Assembly: GCA_030649895.1 (NCBI GenBank)
Contig: JAUSEX010000040.1
Span: forward strand, 16,839-80,838
Direction: 5' to 3'
Source of the DNA: Candidatus Omnitrophota bacterium
GTDB taxonomy: Bacteria; Omnitrophota; Gorgyraeia; Gorgyraeales; Gorgyraeaceae
DNA: 64,000 nt
Below the pieces are notes generated by a model. The model saw nothing but the letters and a program-made list of their open reading frames with translations. It was not told the DNA's origin and made no database searches. Position 1 is the stretch's first letter; every line of letters begins with the position of its first letter. Positions 1 to 10,502 of this stretch are shown here, in pieces. The position numbers and the translations under genes were made by a program.

Positions 1-958
1 CGCGTTGTCATATTACAGGAATGTAATGGATAACGATAAACTTATAGAAGTCAATTCTCTGTTTGAAGAGGTGGCGAAGAAAGAAGGATTTTACTCGAGA
101 AAGCTTATGGAGGAAATTGCCGCAAAGGGCTCTATTAAAGAGATAGAAGATGTGCCTGAAAAATATAGAAAGATTTTTGTCACATCGCATGACATAGCTC
201 CCCTGTGGCATATAAGGATGCAGGCGGTGTTCCAGAAATACACTGATAATGCCGTATCAAAGACAGTTAACTTTCCGCACGATGCAGTAAAGGATGACAT
301 AAGAGAAGTATATATGCTGGCTTTTAAATTGGGATGTAAGGGCGTAACCATTTACAGGGATAAATCCAGGGAGGAACAGGTGCTTAATATTAATTCCAAT
401 GACACGGTGAAAAAAGAAGTAAGCGCTGATTCTGCAGTAGAACCCAAAGATAAGAAAAGCGTTGCTCCGAGGCCAAGGCCTGTTGTTACAAACGGCACTA
501 CGACAAAGGTTGCGACGGGATGCGGGAACCTTTATATAACTATAAATGTTGACGATAAGAGCCTGCCTTTTGAAGTATTTATTCAGATGGGCAAGGCTGG
601 CGGATGTGCTGCGAGTCAGCTGGAAGCGATCGGAAGGCTGGTATCTTTGGCACTCCGTTCAGGGGTGGAGAATAGCAAGATAGTAGAGCAATTAAGAGGC
701 ATACGCTGCCCGTCGCCTTCGTGGGAGAAAAGCGGGAGAATTTTTTCCTGCTCTGACGCAATTGCGAGAGTCCTGGAATTAAGGCTTGGTAACGGAAAGA
801 TGCATCATCAGGAAGAAGCCATGGAAAAACATTCTCCTCATACCATGATAGAGGACAAGCTTGGCACGGTGGTGGGGGTGTGCCCTGATTGCGGAGCTGC
901 GTTAAGGCACGAAGAGGGCTGCGTGGTTTGCCGATCCTGCGGATATTCTAAATGTTAA
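1..958 (+). CDS. nrdJ: Class II (B12-dependent) ribonucleotide reductase, C-terminal part with TSCPD domain and Zn ribbon (5'-partial)
   Basis: H-x-R-M-Q-A...[24 protein letters not shown]-like [11 protein letters not shown]...SCSDAI, terminal CPDC...EEGC..C..CGYSKC. Confidence 0.9.
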   Translation, partial: ALSYYRNVMDNDKLIEVNSLFEEVAKKEGFYSRKLMEEIAAKGSIKEIEDVPEKYRKIFVTSHDIAPLWHIRMQAVFQKYTDNAVSKTVNFPHDAVKDDIREVYMLAFKLGCKGVTIYRDKSREEQVLNINSNDTVKKEVSADSAVEPKDKKSVAPRPRPVVTNGTTTKVATGCGNLYITINVDDKSLPFEVFIQMGKAGGCAASQLEAIGRLVSLALRSGVENSKIVEQLRGIRCPSPSWEKSGRIFSCSDAIARVLELRLGNGKMHHQEEAMEKHSPHTMIEDKLGTVVGVCPDCGAALRHEEGCVVCRSCGYSKC

Positions 959-1503
959 AACCGGATTCCTGGATCAAAAAAATGGCTTTAGAGTTTAATA
1001 TGATAAAGCCATTCGAGCCCCGGCAGATTAAAGATAAAAATATTTCATACGGCCTTTCAAGTTATGGTTACGATATAAGGATCGCGGATGAATTTAAAAT
1101 CTTCAAAGGCTTCCGCGATAAAGAAATCTTAGACCCTAAAAATATAAGGCCTGATCTATTTGAAGATTTTAAAGGGGACATTTGCGTAATCCCGTCTAAT
1201 TCATTTATCCTCGCAAGGTCCTTTGAATATTTCAAGATCCCGCCCAATGTCCTTGCGCTTTGCACAGGTAAAAGCACATACGCCAGGATAGGCGTAATAG
1301 TTAACGTTACGCCTCTTGAGCCTTCATGGGAAGGTTATCTTACTATAGCTATAAGTAATACCTCTGATTCTCCGGCAAAAATTTATGCAAACGAAGGTAT
1401 AGCCCAGGTTGTATTTTTCGAATCAGACGAGCAGTGCGACGTCACTTACGCTGACCGCAAAGGCAAATACCAGTCCCAGCAATCCATCACTCTATCCAAA
1501 TAA
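952..1503 (+). CDS. dcd: dCTP deaminase
   Basis: [42 protein letters not shown] motifs. Confidence 0.95.
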   Translation: MLKPDSWIKKMALEFNMIKPFEPRQIKDKNISYGLSSYGYDIRIADEFKIFKGFRDKEILDPKNIRPDLFEDFKGDICVIPSNSFILARSFEYFKIPPNVLALCTGKSTYARIGVIVNVTPLEPSWEGYLTIAISNTSDSPAKIYANEGIAQVVFFESDEQCDVTYADRKGKYQSQQSITLSK

Positions 1504-1544
1504 TCCCAAGTTCAATATTGGCGATTTTTAGTTGTTTTACCGGC

Positions 1545-1573
1545 TTGACAAATAGAAGTTTATTAGGTATACT
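1545..1573 (+). promoter_or_regulatory. Sigma70-type promoter for the giant gene
   Basis: TTGACA (1545-1550), 17 nt, TATACT (1568-1573). Confidence 0.75.
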
Positions 1574-1641
1574 AATTATAGAGTTTATAAAAGAATTATA
1601 GGTTTTTAAAACAGGGGGTTGGCCATGGGCCTCTGTGATAT

Positions 1642-1669
1642 AAGCCAGGCGGCAAATCCTGGCTTTTTT
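1642..1669 (+). terminator. Intrinsic-terminator-like hairpin inside the giant-gene leader
   Basis: AAGCCAGG-N8-CCTGGCTT followed by a T run. Confidence 0.6.
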
Positions 1670-1828
1670 ATTGTAATCTTTGCTAGTTATACATTTCTCG
1701 GGCATTGTTTCTTATTGAATAGGGCCTCTCTCCCATGGCGAGGATAAGTAAACCTATAACACATACAGAAACATGCCCGGGTTTTTTATATGTTTATATA
1801 TAATTTGTAAACCAAAAGGTGTCATGCA

Positions 1829-4800
1829 GTGTTAAATTATAAGAATAAAATCCCAGTTAAATTAATAGCTTTTATATTAATTCAAGCATTCCTCTTAACA
1901 AGCGTAGCTTGCCCGGAATCTCTCTCTAATAAAGGCACATATAGTTTATATATGCATGGTAAAGATCTCAGGGTGCCTCTTGGTTCTTCTGATAGGATGC
2001 GAGAGGTTTTGAATAAGACAACCTCGCGAGGAGAAATAAGAGAAAAAGGCTCGCCTTTAAACCTGTTAGTATATTTAATTATGCATAAGCACTATGGGGG
2101 AAATTCTATATCTATGAGAGATTTGATAACAGCCAGGATGAATCCAGAAACAGATAAGTCATATGCTAGGAGCACTATTCGTCTTGAGATAAATAGTTTA
2201 AAGAAAATAGGCATGTTGGTGGTTGATGGTGAAGGCTTGGATGCTAGATGCGTATTAAGCGAAAAATTTACGCTTTATGATATGGCAGTTATAAATGAAG
2301 AAACCAAAAAAATAATACAAAGAGAAGGCTTGCAAGGCGAAGAGCTTGGCTTGAATAGGTATACGTTAACTGATTTAAGTGAAGAAGAAATAGGTAAAAT
2401 AAGAACAGCAGTGATAAGAGTCAAAGACAATATCAAAATGTCCAAAGAAGCTTTTAGAAGCCCTGAAAACAAAAGCCCCAGAAGAGTTTCTTATGTAAAA
2501 TATGGAAGGCAAACAAATAGTTTTATTAAGCAGTGCGTAAAAGGGGGTTTAATATTATTATGCGGGTTTATTTTCATACTTTATGCGTATCGTTGGATTG
2601 GGCCATCACAAGAGGCGCTTGATGCATTCGGAGACATCAGCGGTACTCCTGGAATAGTGCGGATGTATCAAGATGACAGGCAGCAGCAGCGTTACGAAGC
2701 AGAGCAAATCATAAAAATGCAAGCTAATGATAAAGATTTTTTGGAGACAAAAGAAACTGCGCGCGTTGAAGCGTTTTTAAAAGGCAATAGATTTGACGCA
2801 ATAAAACGCGCAGCCCAGGTGTTTGATTTAGAGCCGGAACTTATAGCCGGGTTTTTATATGAAGAAGCGATATACCAGGATACTCAAAATAAATTAGAGG
2901 TATTTACGAAAGAAAGCTTTTCCAGGTTGCTCAGTATAGGAGGTCCATACAGAGGTACGCTGGGTATGGGCCAGGTTGGCGTAGACTATATGATGAAAAA
3001 GGAATTTTTAGACTGCTTATTTGATAATATAGATTATTTTTTAACAACAGTTAAATCTGAGAGGGATCTGAAATCATTGCGTGAATTCAGGGATTTCTAT
3101 AAGCCCTGGCGTAGTCCTGGCCAGAATCACGGCGCTTTAATGGCGCATGTTCAAAGCGAACAAGGTTTAATCGTAAGTCTGGCTGATGCAGAAGAAGTAA
3201 ATATATTTGCGACAGGGTTTATTATCAGGGCAATCGCAAATCAGATTGCGGTAGATAATAAAGACGTTACTCTTATACCTAGTATGAATAGATTAAACGG
3301 TAATTCAACAAAGTGGGTTATTGTAGAATATAAAGAGATCCCGAAAGGCATGACTTCATTCGGAGATTTACTAAAGAGATACGGCGCGCCATTTTTAACA
3401 AGTTATTACCCTGCTTTAATGCCAGTCTTTGCTGATGCGCAGCGTTATTCAGGCGGAGATGAGAATTATTCCGCGAGAGGGCTCAGTAAAGTCGGAGCGT
3501 ATGAACAAATGTTAAAATGGGGTGGTTTTAAAAGAACGCCAGATCCTAAAAAATCTTTTGTTGCCCATTTCTCTCTCTATTCCAGAAGCAATAGCCTTAC
3601 CCGAGAAGGCCGTACTGACCAATTCCAGATAGGAGAAACTACCTACACAGTAGGCGAATTTAATAAAGAAGGCATAAACCAGTTAGGAGAGCCTGTAGTT
3701 ATTCCTGACCAGGACGGCCGGAATATTATTTTTACTATCCGCGGCCCGCCTGAAAAAAATAACCTAGCGGAATATCTTAGTAAGGATACATTGCTTCTGC
3801 AAGAGGCTATATTCCGCTCGCAATCCCTTTATAATGGCGGTTTAGATCAAGATATAACTATAATATTAGCTGATAAATACGATTATTTAGCAGGAGACCA
3901 CAGGCAAAATAATCTCATAATCCTGAATGCCTCAGACTTGGAAACTATGCTCCAACAAGATCAGGGCGCAATTCTTGTTTCTGAATTAATAGCCTCTTTA
4001 TTGTCGGAAGAACTTGCTCATGAAAGAGGCGCTGATGGAAAAGCTGAAACAGAAGAGAGACTGGCGCAGGATGGCGCTCATGCTACTAGATACGCTATTA
4101 CTCATAAGCCATATGCCCCTACATTATCGGAGTATATAAGTTTTCTTGAAAAGTATACATTAGAGATAAAAGAAGCTAAAGGATATTTGAGCTATTTGAA
4201 GGTGATGAATAGATATCAGGACATGGAATGGACCAGAAAGTTCTCTAAATTAGTTGCGGAGAGAAACGTATGTGTATTCCATATGGAGAATGCGCTTTCC
4301 AGGCAAATCCTGGACAATCTTTACAATAGATTTTTACAAAAAGGCTATACGAAAAAGGCAGCGGAATTTGCTGTTGGCCGCATTGCTCAGCTTACTATGG
4401 CAGGGGGCCTTGGGAATATAAAAAGGGAATTAGGAGATTCATGGAGTGAAAAAGGTGTTAATCCGAAATCTTTTAATCTGCTTTACGGTAGGTGGATTAA
4501 AGGTGTTGGCAATATAGATCAGTCTCTTGTGGGCACGGTATTAGAAACCATGGGGGATTCCCAGTTTAAATTTAAGACAAAGATTTTTAATAGAGATAAT
4601 GTTAATGAGGAGATAGAGGTAGAGGTAACTATATATAGAGATCCGTTTTCTCCATCAAATTACTGGATATACTGCCCGGAAATATTTGACGGGGCATACC
4701 CTGATAATAAGGTTCATCTTGCGCAGCAGCTTCTTTTGTATCGTAAAGCGAGCTTGGAATATCTATTATATCTCCACTCAAAAGGAGAAATTAAAGATAA

Positions 4801-7800
4801 ATTTTTATTCAGCTTGAGCGAGGTGTATACAGCTTTGTTAATCCCGGATGTAATCGAAGACGAATATAGTAATAACCCTGTTCTTAAAGATATATTTATA
4901 CATCATTATAACCATACTGTTGTAGCTGCCGGCATGCCTAAACTACCTCAGTTTTTATACGACATTTTACATATAAAAGAAAAATATAGAAATTCTGTAG
5001 TGCAGTATGGGGAGATAGTTTTGGCGGATCTTATTGGCCAGGGCTCAGATGAAATAACCGGCTGTTCGATGAAACATACAAAGGTGTTGAGAGAAAATAA
5101 TATGGCGAAATTTAAGGATAAAATATCTGATAATATAACTGAGGCAAATAGCGAGGGTGCGTATATAGATAACTGGCAGGACGAAGAAATGCAGAAAGCT
5201 TACGAAAGATATTTTTTAATGCTTGAGGCGACTGATGATGAAGATTTGTTTAAAAAGTTGGACGAAAATCAAGATATTCGTGAAAGATTTACAAAAGATA
5301 TGCTGCTTGCCAAAGAAAGGCAGAAGCAAGTTTTTAAAGAATGGCAAATTTCTTATGGCATTAAGTTAGAAGATGGGCTTAAGTCAGCGTCCCTTACCAG
5401 GAGAATGGTGCCTTATAAGAGATTAGATGTAATCACTGCTATGCTTGGCATAGGAAGTTATATGAATCAATTGAGGGAATTCAAGATAGGGTTTTTTGTG
5501 GGAGGAAGGCATTTTGATATAGACCAATCAGATTTTGGTATAACCCAGCTAAATGTTATTAATAAGATATCAGAAAGAGAACCAGGGTATATTGCTACGG
5601 TTCCTGATAATACCGACTACCCAGGTTATAATATTTTCAATGCCCATAATATTTATGAAGGGGTAGATGCGACTATCATGCTTTCCGATGAAGATTTAGA
5701 AGCAGGGCCGACAAGTCCCAGTAAGGGCCTGGTGAACGGAGCTATTATAATAGCTACTCCGGATGGAGTCATGTCAGAGCTTTTAATAGATTTTAACGAA
5801 GATTCTGTAAATGGGAATGGCTTTAGAGTAGAGTATTACGATCCAGATATTCAAAATATGGTTAGCGATTTTATAAAAGCAGTTGATCCAATATCTAAAG
5901 AGGAAATCCTTGAAAAAGGAAGGAATGGCAGCACACATTTTGCTTTTAATATTTCAAGAGGAATGGTTTATGCTGAATCTATAGGTTTAAAAGGATTTTT
6001 TGATACACAAAATAGATTATTATTTGACAGGGTGACTATATTCAATGCCCCGGAAGATTATATTAATTATATGCTCTGCTTATTTAATGGCGTGAAAGGG
6101 GCAGAAGAGATTATAGCGTGGCTTACGAACTTGAGAGACAATAAAGAATTAGAAGCGTATGAAAAATATTCAGACGTAAAGTCTTTCTTAATAGAAATAC
6201 TTGGTGCAAGGCGAGAGCCTACCATAAAAACTTTATTTAAGGCATTAAAGGGATTCAATGATGCATGGAACGATCCTGAAAAGAAAAACAGATTATTCTA
6301 CAATGCATTTAAGACAGGGATGCTTAAAGCCAATACCTCAACGCACCAGGGCCCTGGGCTGATAAAACTCTTGGAAGAAGGTTTGGAAAGAAAACAACCT
6401 GAAAAAGCAGCTAAGAGCGCGCTTATAGATTTCTTGGATAGCCATAAGGATATTTTTATTAAGTTTGAAGAAGCGGATTTGGATGTGCAAAAACTTATAG
6501 AAAGAGGCAAGGAATTTACGGTTGTTATGCTTGATGGGGATAGTATCAAGAAACGTAATGAGGCTTTTGGAAAAAGTATTGTGGATTGGATGCTCCTTGA
6601 GATGATAGCCTCATTCCATGAAACCGCTAAATTGCTGGATAAAGGCCCATTTAAGATTAATATGAAAGTTTTTCGAAGAGGTGGAGATGAGTTTGGTTTT
6701 ATTATTCAAGCAGATGGGCTTAATGATTTTGATGTAAAGGCGATTCTTGAAATTGTGCGCATAGGGTTGTTTGCAAAAATAAAGTCTAAATATGGCTTAT
6801 TTATTATTGACGCAGAAGGCTTGGCAGAGGAAGACAGGACTAATATTATAGATGAATTGAAGAAAGAAAGAATAGTCAAGGAGACTGAAGAGGTTGGAAA
6901 TAGCATTAATGTTTTATATGCCAAGGATAAGGAAGGTGGAACAGGTCGCATTAAGGATAAAATAGGCATAGCCAAGGTTACAGAAATAGAAGACGAATTT
7001 ATTCTCACGGGTTCTATAGGCGGCTGTTATGTCAATCAAGCAGTGCAGAATGGCATTAAAAGAGAAAATAAAGAAATAAATTTAAACAGCATAATGGCGG
7101 GTGTTAATTATTCTCTATTAAAGGCAAAAGAGGTTAGCATGATGCCTGGCGAAAGCGGGAGAAGAAAAGGGAATAGGATTTACTTATTTAGCGCCAGAGA
7201 ATCAGGTGAAGTAAGTGCTGAAGAATGGTTCCATGATATAGACAAGGTCTCCTCCTCCAGCATATTTAAAGACAGAGGCAGACAGGAAGAGATGGAGCGA
7301 TTATTTATTGCCAGCGAAATTCCAGAAGATAAGCGGGATAATCAAGTTTCGATTGTCTATAACGAGCAAGCGCTCAGGCGAATGATCCAGAACGATCCGG
7401 TCGGTATACTTATGGCTATTGATGCGCTCTGGGCAAATCCAGAGTTTGATAAAAAGTCTCAAGCAGCCAGTCGGGCAGGAGAAATTCATAAAGCGAGGAG
7501 CTATCTTAAAAATTTCTATAAATTTGGAATGTTAAACGATACGCTTCCGGAAAAGATGTATGATGCGGACTGGGTAATCAAGGTTTTTGGTTATACAATC
7601 AAAGAGGAAATAGAAAAGGTTTTTGGAAGAGGTTTTGAAGTAATAATAGCGCGAGCGCCTCCAGGCCAATCACCTGAAAGATTTTTAATCTGGATTAGGC
7701 CAGCTGAAGAAGAAAAACTTACAATAGATAATTTAGGCGAACTTATTACTGGAATAGCCAGTAAGATCTCAGATGACACTATACTTGAACCTTCCATTGC

Positions 7801-9436
7801 TGTAACAGTAACGCCTATCCAGCGTACCATAGGTCGTACTTTTGAAATCATTGATAATCTGAGCAAATTATATATAAGTTATCCTTCAAATAAAATGGAT
7901 ATAGCTGTGGCAAACAAATTTGAAGGAACTTTTCTTGAAGAAGGCGAGAATGTAAGAATTACTAAAGACGGGCATAGTATTGTTTTTTATGATGGGGGCA
8001 ATGAGCAGGAAACCAGAATACCAAGATTTATTGAATTACAAAGAGTCTATGCCTTAGAGGCGTTGCGAGCTAGTATACCTGAAAGGAAAGAAGTTTACGA
8101 TAGGACGCTCAGGAGGCTTTATGCTGATATTGAGGATATACCGAGAGATTCAGAAGAGGCTAAAAATATTATCCCAGATGGAATAGATTTTAGTGAAGCT
8201 CGGCAGAAAATAATAAATGCAATAAAACACAAAAGAACGCCGGATAAAGCAGCGGCCAGAGGTAATGTTTCTGCAGCAATGTTAAATGACACAATAAGGC
8301 CCTTGCTTGTACTTTTAGAAAATTCGGAATCTGCTTTTGATCTTCATACGCTTCTTGGTTTCTTTCAAGATTTGGAGGCAAATCCAGCCTTATCTGACCC
8401 AGAGGATATGAATTTATTTAGATTAGAAATGGATAAACTTTCAAGCAAAGCAAAAGTAAGAATCGCTTATAATATGGAAATGCTAAAAAATGAAAAGAAT
8501 GCGGATTTTCCTAAGTTGAGGTCAGTTTTTAATATACCTGAATTTTATGAATACGAGATCTTGGCGCAATTAAGCATAATTCCGTATATGGCTACTTATA
8601 CTTCTTCGATAAATGAGATTGCCGCTATAGCTGATAATCGCGGAGGATTTAGATTAGCAGGAAAACCTGTCGAAGAAAACGATGGTTATGTTTTTAGATT
8701 TCTGAAAGACGGGAAAAAATATGAAGTTTTCTTAGCGAAAAATTTTGATTTAAGATTAAGAGATAATTTAGAAGAGCTATTTGTACCCAATAAAAATGTA
8801 AACCCTGTTATGACAAACTTAGACAGTCTTTCTGAGATTTGGTCGATTTTTATAAAGTTTTATTTAATGGCGTTAGGTTTGGAGGAAGAGGATGAATCAG
8901 ACGGAATTGATTTTAATGGAAAAAGTTTAATATTTGTTGGCGCGGAAACCCCGGAAATCCCTTTGCAAATCGCTCGACAATTTCCTCTATCTCGAGTAAT
9001 AGTCGTTAACCCAAAGTGGGAAACAAAAAAAGGCGGCAATATTATTGTGATAGGAGACGAGGTTCAGCAGCTTGCAAAATATAAAGATGAGATTGGAATG
9101 GTAGATTTTGTTTTCTCGTCAGGACTTTTTAACATGGAATGGTCAAGGTTTGTTGTAGATGCTCAGAATGATTCTAAAAGCGTATATGAAAGAATGATGA
9201 GTCCTCTGGTTGAGATTTTATCTCCTGATGGCATAATGATTATTTCTGAGGGCCCAAAAGTGCCATCTATAAAGAGCAAGTTAGAAGAAGCGATCCAAGC
9301 CGTGGGCCTGAGAATTTTTAATGAAGAGATCGACATCGGCAAAGACGGAGGCATATATATTATTCGTAGAGCGAATTTAAGAAATGAGATTTTGGAGCGG
9401 AATGATTCCATACAAGCTGTTCAGTCAGGATTATAA
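1829..9436 (+). CDS. Giant (2535 aa) mosaic protein: signal peptide, wHTH-like, TM helix, lysozyme/SLT-like, alpha-glucan phosphorylase (GT35)-like, GGDEF, degenerate second GGDEF-like, C-terminal class I SAM methyltransferase-like
   Basis: Hydrophobic N-terminus plus LRVPL; IKRAAQVFDLEPELIAGFLYEE...GMGQV; MAGGLGN, RRMVPYKR, EAGPTSPSKGLVNG; MLDGD..K..NE.FG...D and RRGGDEF; SLIFVGA...VDFVFSSGLF...LSPDG. Confidence 0.75.
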   Translation: MLNYKNKIPVKLIAFILIQAFLLTSVACPESLSNKGTYSLYMHGKDLRVPLGSSDRMREVLNKTTSRGEIREKGSPLNLLVYLIMHKHYGGNSISMRDLITARMNPETDKSYARSTIRLEINSLKKIGMLVVDGEGLDARCVLSEKFTLYDMAVINEETKKIIQREGLQGEELGLNRYTLTDLSEEEIGKIRTAVIRVKDNIKMSKEAFRSPENKSPRRVSYVKYGRQTNSFIKQCVKGGLILLCGFIFILYAYRWIGPSQEALDAFGDISGTPGIVRMYQDDRQQQRYEAEQIIKMQANDKDFLETKETARVEAFLKGNRFDAIKRAAQVFDLEPELIAGFLYEEAIYQDTQNKLEVFTKESFSRLLSIGGPYRGTLGMGQVGVDYMMKKEFLDCLFDNIDYFLTTVKSERDLKSLREFRDFYKPWRSPGQNHGALMAHVQSEQGLIVSLADAEEVNIFATGFIIRAIANQIAVDNKDVTLIPSMNRLNGNSTKWVIVEYKEIPKGMTSFGDLLKRYGAPFLTSYYPALMPVFADAQRYSGGDENYSARGLSKVGAYEQMLKWGGFKRTPDPKKSFVAHFSLYSRSNSLTREGRTDQFQIGETTYTVGEFNKEGINQLGEPVVIPDQDGRNIIFTIRGPPEKNNLAEYLSKDTLLLQEAIFRSQSLYNGGLDQDITIILADKYDYLAGDHRQNNLIILNASDLETMLQQDQGAILVSELIASLLSEELAHERGADGKAETEERLAQDGAHATRYAITHKPYAPTLSEYISFLEKYTLEIKEAKGYLSYLKVMNRYQDMEWTRKFSKLVAERNVCVFHMENALSRQILDNLYNRFLQKGYTKKAAEFAVGRIAQLTMAGGLGNIKRELGDSWSEKGVNPKSFNLLYGRWIKGVGNIDQSLVGTVLETMGDSQFKFKTKIFNRDNVNEEIEVEVTIYRDPFSPSNYWIYCPEIFDGAYPDNKVHLAQQLLLYRKASLEYLLYLHSKGEIKDKFLFSLSEVYTALLIPDVIEDEYSNNPVLKDIFIHHYNHTVVAAGMPKLPQFLYDILHIKEKYRNSVVQYGEIVLADLIGQGSDEITGCSMKHTKVLRENNMAKFKDKISDNITEANSEGAYIDNWQDEEMQKAYERYFLMLEATDDEDLFKKLDENQDIRERFTKDMLLAKERQKQVFKEWQISYGIKLEDGLKSASLTRRMVPYKRLDVITAMLGIGSYMNQLREFKIGFFVGGRHFDIDQSDFGITQLNVINKISEREPGYIATVPDNTDYPGYNIFNAHNIYEGVDATIMLSDEDLEAGPTSPSKGLVNGAIIIATPDGVMSELLIDFNEDSVNGNGFRVEYYDPDIQNMVSDFIKAVDPISKEEILEKGRNGSTHFAFNISRGMVYAESIGLKGFFDTQNRLLFDRVTIFNAPEDYINYMLCLFNGVKGAEEIIAWLTNLRDNKELEAYEKYSDVKSFLIEILGARREPTIKTLFKALKGFNDAWNDPEKKNRLFYNAFKTGMLKANTSTHQGPGLIKLLEEGLERKQPEKAAKSALIDFLDSHKDIFIKFEEADLDVQKLIERGKEFTVVMLDGDSIKKRNEAFGKSIVDWMLLEMIASFHETAKLLDKGPFKINMKVFRRGGDEFGFIIQADGLNDFDVKAILEIVRIGLFAKIKSKYGLFIIDAEGLAEEDRTNIIDELKKERIVKETEEVGNSINVLYAKDKEGGTGRIKDKIGIAKVTEIEDEFILTGSIGGCYVNQAVQNGIKRENKEINLNSIMAGVNYSLLKAKEVSMMPGESGRRKGNRIYLFSARESGEVSAEEWFHDIDKVSSSSIFKDRGRQEEMERLFIASEIPEDKRDNQVSIVYNEQALRRMIQNDPVGILMAIDALWANPEFDKKSQAASRAGEIHKARSYLKNFYKFGMLNDTLPEKMYDADWVIKVFGYTIKEEIEKVFGRGFEVIIARAPPGQSPERFLIWIRPAEEEKLTIDNLGELITGIASKISDDTILEPSIAVTVTPIQRTIGRTFEIIDNLSKLYISYPSNKMDIAVANKFEGTFLEEGENVRITKDGHSIVFYDGGNEQETRIPRFIELQRVYALEALRASIPERKEVYDRTLRRLYADIEDIPRDSEEAKNIIPDGIDFSEARQKIINAIKHKRTPDKAAARGNVSAAMLNDTIRPLLVLLENSESAFDLHTLLGFFQDLEANPALSDPEDMNLFRLEMDKLSSKAKVRIAYNMEMLKNEKNADFPKLRSVFNIPEFYEYEILAQLSIIPYMATYTSSINEIAAIADNRGGFRLAGKPVEENDGYVFRFLKDGKKYEVFLAKNFDLRLRDNLEELFVPNKNVNPVMTNLDSLSEIWSIFIKFYLMALGLEEEDESDGIDFNGKSLIFVGAETPEIPLQIARQFPLSRVIVVNPKWETKKGGNIIVIGDEVQQLAKYKDEIGMVDFVFSSGLFNMEWSRFVVDAQNDSKSVYERMMSPLVEILSPDGIMIISEGPKVPSIKSKLEEAIQAVGLRIFNEEIDIGKDGGIYIIRRANLRNEILERNDSIQAVQSGL

Positions 9437-9558
9437 AGTTCATGCCGAAGCGAATATTTCTTTTGATTTTTTAAAACCCTTGATGTATAGTAAGGGCATA
9501 TAAAACATTATCAAAAATAAAAATAGAAGTTCGAGATAAATCTGAAAAAGGGAGAGTT

Positions 9559-10317
9559 ATGAACGGCAATATAAGGTTAGTTCTTTTAAGGCACGGGGAG
9601 AGCATCTGGAATAAGGAAAATAAATTTACAGGGTGGACTGATGTGGACCTTTCTGAAAAAGGCATGAGCGAGGCAAAAGAAGCAGGAAAGACCCTTAAGA
9701 AAGAAGGCTACGAGTTTGATGTAGCGTTCACATCTGTTTTAAAAAGGGCGATAAGGACACTGTGGCTTGTTCTGGATGAGATGGATTTAATGTGGATACC
9801 TGTATGTAATTCGTGGCGTTTGAACGAAAGGCATTACGGGGCGTTGCAGGGCCTTAATAAATCAGAAATGGCTCAAAAGTTCGGGGAAGACAAGGTGCTT
9901 ATCTGGAGAAGAAGCTATGATGTTCCGCCAATGGCGCTTGAAAAAGATGATTCGAGATATCCTGGAAATGATCCAAGATATAAAGGCCTTAGCGAAAAAG
10001 ACCTGCCTCTTACAGAGAGTTTAAAGGAAACAGTCGCAAGGGTTGTACCATATTGGAAGGAAGTAATCGCTCCTATGCTAGGGTCCGGCAAAAAGGTTAT
10101 TATAGCTGCGCATGGAAACAGCTTAAGGGCGCTCGTGAAATATCTGGATAATATATCAGAAGAAGAAATAGTGAAATTAAATATACCTACCGGGATCCCG
10201 CTTGTTTATGAGCTCACTAGAAACCTGAAGCCTTTGAAGCGTTATTATCTGGGCGACCAGGAGAAGATACGCGCCGCTATAGCGTCTGTTTCCAACCAGG
10301 GCAAGGCCGGCAAATAA
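9559..10317 (+). CDS. gpmA: 2,3-bisphosphoglycerate-dependent phosphoglycerate mutase
   Basis: [38 protein letters not shown]. Confidence 0.97.
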   Translation: MNGNIRLVLLRHGESIWNKENKFTGWTDVDLSEKGMSEAKEAGKTLKKEGYEFDVAFTSVLKRAIRTLWLVLDEMDLMWIPVCNSWRLNERHYGALQGLNKSEMAQKFGEDKVLIWRRSYDVPPMALEKDDSRYPGNDPRYKGLSEKDLPLTESLKETVARVVPYWKEVIAPMLGSGKKVIIAAHGNSLRALVKYLDNISEEEIVKLNIPTGIPLVYELTRNLKPLKRYYLGDQEKIRAAIASVSNQGKAGK

Positions 10318-10383
10318 GTTCTTGAAATCATGTTAGTTTGATGTTAAAAGTAAAAAGTAATCGGCTCCCAATATACCACGCCC

Positions 10384-10412
10384 TTGACGATATCGCAATC
10401 ATAGGATATACT
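10384..10412 (+). promoter_or_regulatory. Sigma70-type promoter
   Basis: TTGACG (10384-10389), 17 nt, TATACT (10407-10412). Confidence 0.65.
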
Positions 10413-10479
10413 TTATCTTTTAGAAAATGAAGCTCAATCCTGTCAGGTTGAAACCAGGGATTTTTTGGGCGAAATACAA

Positions 10480-10502
10480 AGTCCTGAGCTTGTCGAAGGA
10501 CT
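10480..10502. repeat. REP-like GTCCTGAGCTTGTCGAAGGAC element
   Basis: Hairpin AGTCCT..AGGACT; related copy TGTCCTGGGATTGTCGAAGGATA at 62400-62422. Confidence 0.55.

Noticed and set aside
1504-9558. Giant gene as a mobile island or prophage
   Set aside because: No integrase, transposase, att repeats or phage genes seen
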